DNA of 64,000 nt from the IMG/VR virus record IMGVR_UViG_3300029288_000007, positions 1 through 64,000 of that record; one strand, written 5' to 3'. The position numbers and the translations under genes are program-made. The stretch is from a virus. Taxonomy: Duplodnaviria > Caudoviricetes. The notes under the pieces were generated by a model. The model searched no databases and was not told where the DNA came from. It worked only from the letters and a program-made list of their open reading frames with translations. This document shows positions 35,392 through 45,592 of the stretch, one piece after another (the stretch's first letter is position 1; each line of letters opens with the position of its first letter).

Positions 35392-37314
35392 CTAATCCCT
35401 TCTAATTTTCATTGCCGCTCTTAATTTTAACTTGTTAACATGATATTCTTCCGCCGTTAAAAGCATTGGCGCCCATTTTAAATATTCGGCCCGGGTGCGA
35501 GGGTCTTGAAAGAATTGCTTAAAATCTCCAATTTTGTACGCCGAAACGTTAAACAAATATTTTTCATCAACCGTTAAAGAACAAGGAATAGGATTATCAT
35601 CGCAATAACGATTATAGGCTCTCCTTTCCCGCGTCCATTTAAAAATTGCCTTCCTTGTCTTTGTCCATTGAACCATTTTAGAAAGATAGCCCGGCCCGGG
35701 GTCTCCATAGGGCCTAAATGTTTTATGATAAAAAAGTCTTCCGCTATGTCTATGAGAATTTTCCATTCTTGCGTTTTCTCGCTCGGCTTCTTTAACTTCC
35801 CAAACTCTTTCCTGACCAATAACCATTGAATCAACATTTAAAGACGCGTTGCATTTTCTTCTATAAGCTTCAAAATCAGGTTTTTCTCCGGCATATAAAG
35901 CATTACAATCATAAATCAATTCAATTGCTTCTTTAAAACCGGCTGGAGTCCAGATTTTATACGGCGGATGAGGATGAAATATTGGAGAACGGTCAAACAA
36001 ACCTTGAACAATAATGGCAATTCTATTATACTGCTCAATTTCGTTTTGCAACATTCTTAAACAATCATCAAAATACACGCTGCTCTGGTCAAATGGACGC
36101 CAATCTTCAATGTCAAAAGAGTAATTATGATATGGATTATGCATCCAATGAGCCTCTGGGTTTTCTTCTGTCCATTTCTGCTCTTTAATTTTTTGCTCTT
36201 CATATTCTTTACATCGCTCTTCATAATCAGTGAGCGTAATCATTTTGTCTATCCGACCGGCAAAAATTTTAACCATCATCGGTTCGCCCGGGCTATACAA
36301 CGTATGGTCTGGGAACATCATTTCGCCAAAATCTAATTCACAATTCAACCGATAAACCTGTTCTCCATTTCTCATATAAAGATAAGTAAATTTATCTGCC
36401 TGATTTAACTGAAAATTAATAAACTCAGTAGATAATGTTCCGTCACTTTCGCGTTCTTTTGAGTGCCGCCGAATTTGCATTGACACAACGCAGCGAGGGA
36501 AAGGCATAATCCTATCTCTATTTATTGGTTTTGAAATCCATGCATCAAATTCCGAAATGTTTTTAAATTCCATCCCGCCGTGCTGATAATCTAAAAGGCA
36601 CTCTTCATCCATATATAAACGGCGCTGCATTATTCGTAACTTTTCGGCATACGGCGCGGGAGAACCGTCGCTACATTGCGTAATCTCCTCAGTCAAACCC
36701 GCATACAACTGAACCGAGAATATTTTATTTTCTATTTTAGAAATGGATTTTTTGAACACCTTCATTGTGGCTTCAAGAGTTAAAGTATCAGCAGTCAACC
36801 ACTTTGACAATTCTTCAGCATGAGAATCAACTTTTTTAAATAGTTCAGGGAGGGTTTTATCTTTGGCCTTGACCAAATCTTTTTTATATTTTTTCACATT
36901 ATCCGTGCCAGATAAAACAACAAGGTCGGTGCTGGAAGCTTTGTCTTCAGGCAATAATTGCTGTTCAGAAACGCCCAGTCTTGCGGTAACTTCCCTGATT
37001 TCTTCTAAACAATCCTGAATCCTATTTTGATGAAACGAAACGTTGTCCTTAATCACTTTTGCAGAATTAGGTTCAAAAACCAAGGTTTCATAAAACTTAT
37101 CGAAATGAACTCTTTCTTGGTAATAACTCCTATGGCCCGGGGAAGTAATCTGAACATAATTGCTGCCAATTTCCGTAATGCAGCCTAACCATCTTTCTTC
37201 TTTGTCGCTTCCATCTTCTTTATACACATACCAATACCACTGGCCCAACGAAACATCGTCAGAGGTAGGAATTTTTGAAATAACAGGCTTTTCTTTTTTA
37301 ACCAAATCCAACAC
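35392..37314 (-). CDS. Large phage hypothetical protein (640 aa, coiled-coil segments)
   Basis: Long ORF preceded by promoter motif 1 (37336-37345). Confidence 0.8.
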   Translation of the reverse strand: MLDLVKKEKPVISKIPTSDDVSLGQWYWYVYKEDGSDKEERWLGCITEIGSNYVQITSPGHRSYYQERVHFDKFYETLVFEPNSAKVIKDNVSFHQNRIQDCLEEIREVTARLGVSEQQLLPEDKASSTDLVVLSGTDNVKKYKKDLVKAKDKTLPELFKKVDSHAEELSKWLTADTLTLEATMKVFKKSISKIENKIFSVQLYAGLTEEITQCSDGSPAPYAEKLRIMQRRLYMDEECLLDYQHGGMEFKNISEFDAWISKPINRDRIMPFPRCVVSMQIRRHSKERESDGTLSTEFINFQLNQADKFTYLYMRNGEQVYRLNCELDFGEMMFPDHTLYSPGEPMMVKIFAGRIDKMITLTDYEERCKEYEEQKIKEQKWTEENPEAHWMHNPYHNYSFDIEDWRPFDQSSVYFDDCLRMLQNEIEQYNRIAIIVQGLFDRSPIFHPHPPYKIWTPAGFKEAIELIYDCNALYAGEKPDFEAYRRKCNASLNVDSMVIGQERVWEVKEAERENARMENSHRHSGRLFYHKTFRPYGDPGPGYLSKMVQWTKTRKAIFKWTRERRAYNRYCDDNPIPCSLTVDEKYLFNVSAYKIGDFKQFFQDPRTRAEYLKWAPMLLTAEEYHVNKLKLRAAMKIRRD

Positions 37315-37773
37315 TGGTTTTTCCTTTTTATTTTTATTATACTCCCATCCTGCATTTTTCCTGAAATTATCTTTTGCTCCTCGGCATCAACAATCTCAAT
37401 TTTAGTATGATAAAGTTCTCTTTCCAATTTTATCAACTGAATATGATTGTCAACCTTTAATAAAACGGCAGGGACTTGTAAATATTGGCCTCTGAAACAC
37501 TCAACAGATTGACACCACAATATTGGTTCGCCAACATATTCCCGGTAATATTGATGACTGTATTCACTAATTTTTATTTGCAGATTGTTCTCCATTCTTA
37601 CTTTTTTTATTTTCCTTTTCAATTTTCTTCAAACGGTTATATTCTTCTTGCTTCAGCATAATGACGTTGCCATTAGGGTGAACCCACAGAACGACCTTAT
37701 TTTCCCATACTCTAAAAACGCATTGCATAAATTGGTACATTCTTTTCCCGGCTTTAATCATTTTAGTTTCCTT

Positions 37774-38337
37774 TCATCTTCCAATGATTTTATCATATAT
37801 CCCTTTTGCTAATTTCGCATCATAAAGGGCATCGTGAAGATTATTTTCATCAAACTCAAGACCAAAATACTTTGCCACAGTACTCTGCTTAAAATTCACA
37901 AGCTCGTGGCGGCGGCCAATTATATGTTGCATTGCCAAAACCATTAAATCAATCGGCGGATGCCAAAACCAACTACCGTAATAATCATCGCCATTTTTAT
38001 GATACCATTGACGCATAACCTCTGAATCAAATTCCGCTCCAAAATTGATAAAATAAAATTTATCATTTTTATCATACTTGTCGATATATCGCCCCAACAG
38101 CGCTTGGAATTTGTCAAAGACTTCGCCCGGGTCTGGCTTTTCAGCCAATTTCTCAATAGTCAAATCATGCATATGCAAGGCCGCTTCATCAATATCGTCC
38201 CCTTTAAAGATATCGCACTCAAAAAGAAACTCCTCAGAACGTTTACCTACCTCAATGATGCCGCCAAATTGCCAAAGGCCACATTTATGACGATTGACAC
38301 TTGTTGTTTCTGTGTCCAAAAATATTCTTTTAACCAT
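37774..38337 (-). CDS. DEDDh 3'-5' exonuclease (Pol III epsilon-like)
   Basis: FLDTETT, N..AEFD, LHDALYD. Confidence 0.9.
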   Translation of the reverse strand: MVKRIFLDTETTSVNRHKCGLWQFGGIIEVGKRSEEFLFECDIFKGDDIDEAALHMHDLTIEKLAEKPDPGEVFDKFQALLGRYIDKYDKNDKFYFINFGAEFDSEVMRQWYHKNGDDYYGSWFWHPPIDLMVLAMQHIIGRRHELVNFKQSTVAKYFGLEFDENNLHDALYDAKLAKGIYDKIIGR

Positions 38338-38746
38338 CGCTCAAATCCTTTCGAACTTTCATTAATAATTTGCCCAAATTATTTTGCCCTTTGCCATTAT
38401 AAACTCCCCAAAACTCATCGCCCCAATAGTTCCCTTCTATTAATTCTTGAACTCCAGTTTCCAACAACAGGGCCTTTAAATCCGGGTCAGCAAATTTGAG
38501 ACGCAACCCTTTTTCCATAACTTCCAATTTAATTTCTTCCCAGTCATAACGCAAAACAAGGTCTCTCCCGGCGCGTTTTGCCTGTCCGGGCCTCATTTGA
38601 GAAATTTCCCTTTTGCGAACGACGCTAAATGTCTTTTGCGCTTGATAAAAAGCCTCCACAGACAAATAGGCAATTCCTTCATAAACTATTCTGCAAGGAT
38701 AAAAATTGCTTAAAAAACGATAACTCCCTTGAAATTCCTTTATCAT
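38330..38746 (-). CDS. NADAR (YbiA-like) protein
   Basis: FLSNFY, E.FYQA.K, LLETG..ELIEGN.WGD.FWG....G.N.LG.LLM.VR. Confidence 0.93.
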   Translation of the reverse strand: MIKEFQGSYRFLSNFYPCRIVYEGIAYLSVEAFYQAQKTFSVVRKREISQMRPGQAKRAGRDLVLRYDWEEIKLEVMEKGLRLKFADPDLKALLLETGVQELIEGNYWGDEFWGVYNGKGQNNLGKLLMKVRKDLSDG

Positions 38747-39201
38747 ATAGACACCCTGTCCAAAAAATCATTGACTATTTTACAATTTGGGCAAACGCGG
38801 TCGTAACTCTTATCCGGATAAATCCGCGACTCAAAACTCTTTTCGCAACTCAAACATAAAACTAACATTGTTTCTTCTTCTTTTTTTCGCGGCCCTCTTT
38901 TCTTTTTTTCGCGCTTATAATTCCCTTCTTTTCTGCGACAAATAATGCAAAAATTAGATTCTTTTAAATTGAATAAGGTTATGGAACGTTGTTGATGACA
39001 ACCTTCGCAAATTCTCTTGCGACCATAATTGCTAATTTTTAAAATATTTCTGCGGATGTGATAAATTAACTTACAATCCATCTTTAGAACAGCGCTGATT
39101 TCGCTGTCTAACTTACCTTCTTCGGCTGACATCCGTCTGATTTTATCGTATAATTCTTGCCTTGCTGGGTCTTGCTTCCCCTGCTTTTCCAGATGCGTCA
39201 T
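38743..39201 (-). CDS. Basic zinc-binding hypothetical protein
   Basis: Several CxxC pairs; start placed at MTHLEK. Confidence 0.55.
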   Translation of the reverse strand: MTHLEKQGKQDPARQELYDKIRRMSAEEGKLDSEISAVLKMDCKLIYHIRRNILKISNYGRKRICEGCHQQRSITLFNLKESNFCIICRRKEGNYKREKKKRGPRKKEEETMLVLCLSCEKSFESRIYPDKSYDRVCPNCKIVNDFLDRVSI

Positions 39202-39847
39202 TATGAATTTTCTCCTTTTTTTCAGGAACAACTTCGCCCGGGCTTTGAACAATATGAGATTTAACTCCATCATGCGCAAATCTAAAAACCTTATCGCCAA
39301 TCTCAATTAATTCCTCATCATGCGTAACTATTATCAATTGCAAGCCTAATTTATGTGAAATTTCCTTGAGAACCCGGCCACCAAGCTGAATAAGCTTGCC
39401 CATATTTTTCATTGGTTCATCAAGAACAATCACATTCCTGCTACGAGGAGTTTGCAACGACCATAAAACTATTCTGAACGCAAAAGAAATAATATCAAGT
39501 ATGCCGCCACCAACGTCATATTCCGGGTCGTCATAAATCTTATTCCCTTCTGAAATAAACGGTTTGCACTCCATTCTATTTCTTTTCCGTTCAAACTCCA
39601 AATGAAACTCAAAAGGTCTGTCAAAAACACTCCTTATTGCCACTGTAACCAATCCTTCAACCTTATCCTGGAAGCGCCTCTGGGTCTGTTGAGCAACCTC
39701 GGTTAATACCCAACGCGCCTTAACCATTCTCTCATATGAAATCTTAAAGGAAGAAAGGCTTTGCTTTTTATTTGAAAGACTGCCCTCAAGCAATTCTTTT
39801 TTTGCTTTAATTTGATTGAATTCATTAATAATTTCTGGTATTGTCAT
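39143..39847 (-). CDS. SbcC/Rad50-like ATPase, C-terminal half
   Basis: Coiled coil, signature-like GGG, Walker B IVLDEP, IIVTH. Confidence 0.85.
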   Translation of the reverse strand: MTIPEIINEFNQIKAKKELLEGSLSNKKQSLSSFKISYERMVKARWVLTEVAQQTQRRFQDKVEGLVTVAIRSVFDRPFEFHLEFERKRNRMECKPFISEGNKIYDDPEYDVGGGILDIISFAFRIVLWSLQTPRSRNVIVLDEPMKNMGKLIQLGGRVLKEISHKLGLQLIIVTHDEELIEIGDKVFRFAHDGVKSHIVQSPGEVVPEKKEKIHNDASGKAGEARPSKARIIR

Positions 39848-40518
39848 GATTCCTCTATGTTTGGTTGAAACCAGAACTGGTTTAATTCCGGGCAATACGC
39901 GGTTAAATTGCCATACATTTCCTGATTCTTTACAAAAACACCATTATCAACATGAATAATGTTTGTTTTTCCTTCCTTTAACAAATCTGATTGATTCTCA
40001 ATATCTGTAATTTTCCAAGGAGTATGCCCACATATCAAAAGCTTTTGGGTATCATTAGAAAAAGAACGTTCCCAAAGAAAAATATCTTCTGTGGTTTTTT
40101 CTATTGTCCCATTTATCCCGGCGTGAACACAGATAAACTTTTCTGTCTCATAATAGAGGGGCAAATCGCCAACAAAAGAAACAAAAGTGTCCAATGGAAT
40201 GTTTGCATTATGAAAAGAAAGGGCTGTTTGGGCGCCACCATTAGACAGCCACAAAGAAAGGTCTTCTTGCCTTTCCAATTTGTCATCAGCAGGATTTTTG
40301 AAATTAATCAAATAAAACTCTTCATGATTGCCTTTCAAAAAGATGGTTCCTTTTTTCATTGTTTGTAACAAAGCTAAAACCTCAAATGACCGAGGGCCTC
40401 TGTCAATATAATCGCCCAAAAAAACGATTACGTCTCTTTTCTTTACGGGCAATTGTTTTAATAATGCCATCAAGGTTGAAAAACAACCATGAACATCCCC
40501 AATAACAAAATGTCTCAT
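39844..40518 (-). CDS. Calcineurin-like Ser/Thr protein phosphatase (lambda NinI-like)
   Basis: GDVHG, GDYIDRG, GNHE, VHAG, GHTP. Confidence 0.92.
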   Translation of the reverse strand: MRHFVIGDVHGCFSTLMALLKQLPVKKRDVIVFLGDYIDRGPRSFEVLALLQTMKKGTIFLKGNHEEFYLINFKNPADDKLERQEDLSLWLSNGGAQTALSFHNANIPLDTFVSFVGDLPLYYETEKFICVHAGINGTIEKTTEDIFLWERSFSNDTQKLLICGHTPWKITDIENQSDLLKEGKTNIIHVDNGVFVKNQEMYGNLTAYCPELNQFWFQPNIEES

Positions 40519-40763
40519 CTGTATTTCTCCAGCATCTTCCGGGCCGTTTCTATTAATTCGTCCCTTTGTTCTGTCTTGACTTCAATATCGGCCTTCATAG
40601 CTTCCAGTTTTTTATAAGCCTCATCAATTGTCTCAACAGAAAACTCTTTTTTTATTTGTTCAAGAACGGTTTGTAAAGAGCCTTCATTTTGAGCAATTTC
40701 CGTTTTTAGCCTATCAACTTTACTTTTCAATTCTTCCAATGTTTTTTCTTCTTTCTCCGCCAT
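40515..40763 (-). CDS. Small coiled-coil protein (SbcCD locus)
   Basis: 82-aa heptad-rich ORF. Confidence 0.65.
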   Translation of the reverse strand: MAEKEEKTLEELKSKVDRLKTEIAQNEGSLQTVLEQIKKEFSVETIDEAYKKLEAMKADIEVKTEQRDELIETARKMLEKYR

Positions 40764-40945
40764 TATTCAGGCCCTCCAAAATTTTCTCTGTATTTCAATT
40801 CTTTTTTTATTTGTTCACACAACACAAAATTGTTCTCTCTGATATTCTTTTCTCCAATAAACCATTTAAGATAATCTGTCGGAACATCTTCAATATCTTT
40901 GCCCCGGTGCTTCCCAAAAGGAATTTGACCCATTGACTCAGCCAT
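40763..40945 (-). CDS. Small FGKH-motif protein (DUF3820-like)
   Basis: IPFGKHRGK.I.DVP.DYL.W. Confidence 0.75.
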   Translation of the reverse strand: MAESMGQIPFGKHRGKDIEDVPTDYLKWFIGEKNIRENNFVLCEQIKKELKYRENFGGPE

Positions 40946-41843
40946 TCATTATCTCCGACAAAATATCAACAACAGGTTGTTCAATCTTATTTTCCTTAAC
41001 AAATTGCCATAAATTTTCCTGAAAAGAAACTCCTTCAACCGCTTTGCTTTCTCCAAGCGCTTCCACAAAATTGTCCAACATTTGTTCCGTTTCCTTCTTG
41101 CGTTCTATATGGTCTCTACTCAAAACCTTTTCCGCCGGAGCGCAAGGGATATCAACCCATTCAATTTCTCTTGTATCTGTATCATACACAACAAACCCCG
41201 GGTTGTGTTTAAAATTATATTCAGTTGCTTCTTGCCGCATCATTGGGCCAACATTGACTATTGCCCGACCTTCCTTTTCAAAACAGAACATGCGGTGAAC
41301 ATCAGCGCAAAGAATTAAATCATAATCAGATTTTTCCTTGAGATAAAGCGACATCTCAGAAAACTTATGGTCTGGGTATAAGGCCCTATCAGAAACGGAA
41401 GCATGAATAACGCCCACAGTAAAACCTTTTCTTGGAACCTTGCCCAAGCTTTGCCCGAAACTTGCCCCAAATACTTGCACCTTCCCTCCATCTAAAACAA
41501 CCGGCGCTTCAGGATTCAATATTGTTACCAACCCGGCCTTTTCCAAAACGCCCAAATTGGTTCTATCTCTGGTCTCCTCAGAATACATATAAGTATCATG
41601 CTGACCAAACACTCCGTAATAAGGGACGCCATATTTTTTCATAAATAAAATCAAAAGAGGCAACAAGAACCAACTTCTGGGTTTGTCGCAAAGATCTCCG
41701 GCCTGAAAAATAACCGCGCCGATTTTTCGAGCATATTCAAAAACAAAAGACAATTTGACCCATTGTTCAACAGTCAAATCATCAAGCCGAGCAACCGGAT
41801 TTTCAAAAATTAAATGTATATCTGACAGGCCAACAATTCTCAT
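40938..41843 (-). CDS. SbcD/Mre11-like nuclease
   Basis: SDIH, AGDL, GQHD, ADVH metallophosphoesterase motifs. Confidence 0.88.
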   Translation of the reverse strand: MRIVGLSDIHLIFENPVARLDDLTVEQWVKLSFVFEYARKIGAVIFQAGDLCDKPRSWFLLPLLILFMKKYGVPYYGVFGQHDTYMYSEETRDRTNLGVLEKAGLVTILNPEAPVVLDGGKVQVFGASFGQSLGKVPRKGFTVGVIHASVSDRALYPDHKFSEMSLYLKEKSDYDLILCADVHRMFCFEKEGRAIVNVGPMMRQEATEYNFKHNPGFVVYDTDTREIEWVDIPCAPAEKVLSRDHIERKKETEQMLDNFVEALGESKAVEGVSFQENLWQFVKENKIEQPVVDILSEIMNG

Positions 41844-43087
41844 AAGCTCTTTTCAACCTCTTTCATTTGATTATCCGTCAATGAACAATGAAGAATGCCC
41901 GGACAACGTCTTGATTCCTTCAACAAGGACATATACCTTTTCCTTGCTTCTTTTAACTGACCATTTCCTTCCTCGCAATTTGCCTGAAACAATCTATAAT
42001 CCTCCAACAACAAATCAAGAGTTTGAAGCCGCGTTTTATCTATTGTTACTATTTTACTAGAGAGTCCCGAAAATTCCGTAAAAATCTTTTTCTTTTCTTT
42101 TTGGTCTGATGATAATTCCAAATAAGCATTGTAAAGATAATTCAATCTGTTAAAAGGCCGGGTATCAAAACTGGATTTTTCTATTTTCCCCAATAATGGT
42201 TCCAATTCTGATAATTGAGCAGACATCCTTTGTTTTTCATTTTTTAAATTGTCATACTTGCTTAATTGAGACATCAAATTGTGAAACAAATCAATATCTC
42301 TTTGCAATTTATCCGCCCGGGAGATATATTTCTCTGCTTTAAGAAAAGCCTTCAAATTTTCCTGAGTTCTATACTTCTCTTCATAAACCACCAAATCCCT
42401 ATCCAAATGGGAATGTTTTATTTGTAAAGAATTTAATTCCCCTTGAGTAGCCGAGAGCTTGTTTACAATCAATCCAGTTTCGTCCAAATCTGCGTACCGG
42501 GCCAATTCTATTTCCCCAAACTTGATATCCTCCTCGTAAGAGATTATGGACCGATTTACGTCATTTATTTTGGAAGACAAAGTGGACACCCATTCATCCA
42601 CCTTTTCCAAATTTGTAATTCTATTAATTGTCCGGGCAATTTCTCCTGCAGAAGTGGAAATTAAAAAGGGAGAATCAAACTGACGCTGGTCGTTTAATTC
42701 TGATAAATTTAACAATTCCTTTACTTGGTCTGGTACAGATTCCCCCACGCCGGTGAAGGAAAACTTTTCGCCTTGAACTTCCAGGTTATAGGTTGTTGAT
42801 TTAAGTTCCTTCTCCCCTTTTTTAGTCGTCCTGACGTCCTTAATAATTTCAACCTTGCCTTCTGGCAATTCCAAGTCAATTATCGTTTCCCCTTTATCCC
42901 CTGCAAAATTTGAAAAGAATCTAGCGCCAGAGGGCCGGTTGTCAACCAACAGGCGCTTGGCTCTGAGTACGGAAGATTTTCCAACCGTACTCAGGCCCTG
43001 CAGCACGTTGACAAAAGGGGAAAACTCCAGAAAAGTATCTTCGTGACTTTGAAACTTTCTAATTCTTAATGATTTAAACACGGTCAA
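41840..43087 (-). CDS. SbcC/Rad50-like ATPase, N-terminal half
   Basis: FQSHEDT, Walker A GLSTVGKS, Q-loop Q.QFD.PFL, coiled coil ending in CPGILHC. Confidence 0.88.
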   Translation of the reverse strand: MTVFKSLRIRKFQSHEDTFLEFSPFVNVLQGLSTVGKSSVLRAKRLLVDNRPSGARFFSNFAGDKGETIIDLELPEGKVEIIKDVRTTKKGEKELKSTTYNLEVQGEKFSFTGVGESVPDQVKELLNLSELNDQRQFDSPFLISTSAGEIARTINRITNLEKVDEWVSTLSSKINDVNRSIISYEEDIKFGEIELARYADLDETGLIVNKLSATQGELNSLQIKHSHLDRDLVVYEEKYRTQENLKAFLKAEKYISRADKLQRDIDLFHNLMSQLSKYDNLKNEKQRMSAQLSELEPLLGKIEKSSFDTRPFNRLNYLYNAYLELSSDQKEKKKIFTEFSGLSSKIVTIDKTRLQTLDLLLEDYRLFQANCEEGNGQLKEARKRYMSLLKESRRCPGILHCSLTDNQMKEVEKSL

Positions 43088-43494
43088 GCCTCTATTATTT
43101 TTATTGGATATGTCGCTTCAACCAATTTCTTTTTTACTTTATAAACATCTGTTCGGCATCCTTTAACATCAACGTACCGAACTGAACCATCGGTCAAAAA
43201 TTCGACAAAATCAACTACATATTTCACTCCCCCAGGCAGCAAAATTGGGATTTGCCTCAAAAAATATTTCACTTCTCCCAAATGAACCCGGGCCTTGAGT
43301 TCTAAATAATACCTAGATTCCTTTTTTGATTGAAATTTCATGCCGTCCACTTCTGTCATTATTGCATGGAACTTATTATTGCTGACTGGAGGCGGAGAAA
43401 AAAGATTGTCTGCCGGTTTTCCGCTCTTCATCCGGGCAAGCAATTCTTTTAACGCATTCTCATCTTTTAAATGTAAAATACTATTGCCGGCCAA
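43084..43494 (-). CDS. DUF1064-like PD-(D/E)xK endonuclease
   Basis: NKFHA....DG..F.SKKE...Y, Y.VDF, DVKG..T..Y..KKKL; TTG start with GGAGG SD. Confidence 0.85.
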   Translation of the reverse strand: MAGNSILHLKDENALKELLARMKSGKPADNLFSPPPVSNNKFHAIMTEVDGMKFQSKKESRYYLELKARVHLGEVKYFLRQIPILLPGGVKYVVDFVEFLTDGSVRYVDVKGCRTDVYKVKKKLVEATYPIKIIEA

Positions 43495-44356
43495 TTTGTC
43501 CTCCAAAAAAAGAATTTGTCCACTTCTTTGTTTCTTCTCCTGACAATAATGACCGGAAACCATATTGACCAAAAGTCAAAGAAAACTTATCCTCGCTGAT
43601 ATTATCTTTTTCAATCCCTGAAATCCTTATTGGTTTTCTTCCATTGAAAGGCAATCCAACCAAAGGGATATTAAAATCAATCAAATCTTTTGCGTCATCT
43701 ATGCTTTTCTTTTTAACCCCATCCGGCAATAGTCCGGCAACATATTTCGCCGCGCTTGGTTCTGCCACTCCCTTCACTCCGATAACATTATCGGTCTTGC
43801 AACCCGCAATTGCTTTGACCCTAATCCAATCAAAAGGTTTAAGACCATGCCAGTTTTTAGTAAACCAAGCCTCATCAATCAATTCCTTAAAATCCCATCG
43901 TCTGACGGGATTAAACCTATGGTCAACCAACAATTGCAATAAATCATTATCAGAGGAAACAATAACAGTATCGTCTGGAAACCGGGCTACTATCCAAGCA
44001 ATCAAATCGTCAGATTCATAGCCGGTTTGATGAAAAATATTAACAAAACCCATGTATGGCAAAATCTTCTCTCTTAATTCGTCAAATTGAACAAACGCCA
44101 ATTCAGAATCAGCACGTTCCTCATCAGAAGCATATTGCTGCCGGTTTGCCTTATAATCTGGACAAATCAATTTTCTGTAAGATTGTTTAGAGTCCCAACA
44201 AAAGATAAAATCCCTTGTTTTAAAATCATAAGAAAGTTTTAATATTTGTTTTAAAAAGCCAAAAATAACTCCAACCTTCTTTTCATGATAAGAAAGGTTG
44301 CCCATTGTGTGTAAAGACCTGTATCCTAAATAATTGCAATCAATAATCAATCTCAT
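43481..44356 (-). CDS. 5'-3' exonuclease/flap endonuclease (PolA-N/RNase H-like)
   Basis: IID, R....P.YKANR, YESDDLIA, SSDNDLLQL, G..TDN..GV.GV. Confidence 0.92.
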   Translation of the reverse strand: MRLIIDCNYLGYRSLHTMGNLSYHEKKVGVIFGFLKQILKLSYDFKTRDFIFCWDSKQSYRKLICPDYKANRQQYASDEERADSELAFVQFDELREKILPYMGFVNIFHQTGYESDDLIAWIVARFPDDTVIVSSDNDLLQLLVDHRFNPVRRWDFKELIDEAWFTKNWHGLKPFDWIRVKAIAGCKTDNVIGVKGVAEPSAAKYVAGLLPDGVKKKSIDDAKDLIDFNIPLVGLPFNGRKPIRISGIEKDNISEDKFSLTFGQYGFRSLLSGEETKKWTNSFFGGQIGRQ

Positions 44357-44359
44357 CCG

Positions 44360-45508
44360 TCAATACCTTTTTGCTCTGTCAGGTTTAATCGCATTTTCAA
44401 CTTCGTTCCAGGCCTTTTCCGTTCTATCAATCAATTCGTCCTGAAGATTTTCCGTTTCAATTTTACTTATCAATTCCGCCCGGCCATATTGCCGACCACC
44501 GGCTTCTATTTCCTTCTTGGATAAATTATCCCAATTGATTTTCTCTACTTTTGGCCCATATAAATAAGCCAAGCAAGAAGAAATATCATCAAGACCATAA
44601 TCAAAAAGAATTTGAAATTCTGCTTCTCTAAAGGGTTTTGACACCTTGCTTCTTTCAATTACGGCCCGGGTGCGGACTCCATACACCCTGTCCTCTCCCC
44701 GGAAAGTCCTTTTCATTTTTTCTTCAGTGTATAACCACGGAACAACATGAGTATAAAAATTTAAAGCTTTTCCTCCGTTCCGTTTGTACTTTTTCCCATA
44801 TGTAATCCCCATCGCTTCTCGAATTTGAGAGACAATAATGAGGGTAACGTCCTTGCCTTCCATTTTATCGCATATGTTCCCGAAAAAAGAATCGCTCAAA
44901 TATTTTGCCTTCTCTGCTCCGGCGCCATACGAACCATCTTCATCCTTCCCTTTCTTCGCGGCCTCATCAAACCGTTTTTGACTTTCAGAAGTGCACAACG
45001 CATCCAAAGAGTCCAAAATATAAAGCAAACACTCTCCCGGTTTATTCGCGTCAATTTCTCTCGTAAGTCTTCTCCCCCATTCTTGAACCGTTGATGAACG
45101 AACATAATCCGGACTCCCGGGTTTTGGAAAAACAGATTCCTTGAACTCCTTCCCATACATTTCTTCAATAGGGAAGTCCATAACCCCTTCAACGTTGTCG
45201 TAAATTATTTTTATTTTTTTTATTTGAGGGAAATATTTTGATTTAATTTTTTTCCAATTATGAAAAAGCCAAGCGCAGACTTCTAAACACAACATTGTTT
45301 TCCCGCTTGAACCATCGCCAACAACATTGCTGATTCGACCCCGGGGCCAACCGCCATTTTTCCCCAATTGAGAAATGGCCAAATTCAAAAGAGTGCAACA
45401 TGTATTAAAAAATTCCAAAGCAACAGAGCTTTTCTTTACTTCTGTAACAACTTCTTCTGGCTTATTGCTATCATCATCCTTGATGTCCCGACCAATTTTC
45501 ATAATCAC
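44360..45508 (-). CDS. RecA/UvsX-like recombinase
   Basis: GGWPRGRI, Walker A GDGSSGKT, ILDSLDAL, SQIRE, GGKALNFY, KPFREAE. Confidence 0.9.
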   Translation of the reverse strand: MIMKIGRDIKDDDSNKPEEVVTEVKKSSVALEFFNTCCTLLNLAISQLGKNGGWPRGRISNVVGDGSSGKTMLCLEVCAWLFHNWKKIKSKYFPQIKKIKIIYDNVEGVMDFPIEEMYGKEFKESVFPKPGSPDYVRSSTVQEWGRRLTREIDANKPGECLLYILDSLDALCTSESQKRFDEAAKKGKDEDGSYGAGAEKAKYLSDSFFGNICDKMEGKDVTLIIVSQIREAMGITYGKKYKRNGGKALNFYTHVVPWLYTEEKMKRTFRGEDRVYGVRTRAVIERSKVSKPFREAEFQILFDYGLDDISSCLAYLYGPKVEKINWDNLSKKEIEAGGRQYGRAELISKIETENLQDELIDRTEKAWNEVENAIKPDRAKRY

Positions 45509-45522
45509 CTCTATTAAAGTAA

Positions 45523-45582
45523 GCGAGAGCCGGGTCAGGACTGGGGCTCCCCGGATGGTCCGTCAACGCCGGACTCTCTCGC
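45523..45582. other. GC-rich imperfect long hairpin between the SSB and recombinase genes
   Basis: gcgagag/ctctcgc outer stem with ccgg, ggac/gtcc and gggg/cccc inner pairs. Confidence 0.45.
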
Positions 45583-45592
45583 CACAAAAGAA

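Noticed and set aside
37185-37761. ORFs 37185-37622 and 37567-37761 as firm genes
   Set aside because: Probably partly real, but no motifs were recognised and the first overlaps the next gene and its promoter by over 100 nt, so boundaries cannot be supported
45523-45582. Possible tRNA or SRP RNA (contains GTCAGG)
   Set aside because: No cloverleaf or T-loop, and it lacks the SRP GNRA loop and AGCAG motif; no tRNA was recognised anywhere in the window by eye
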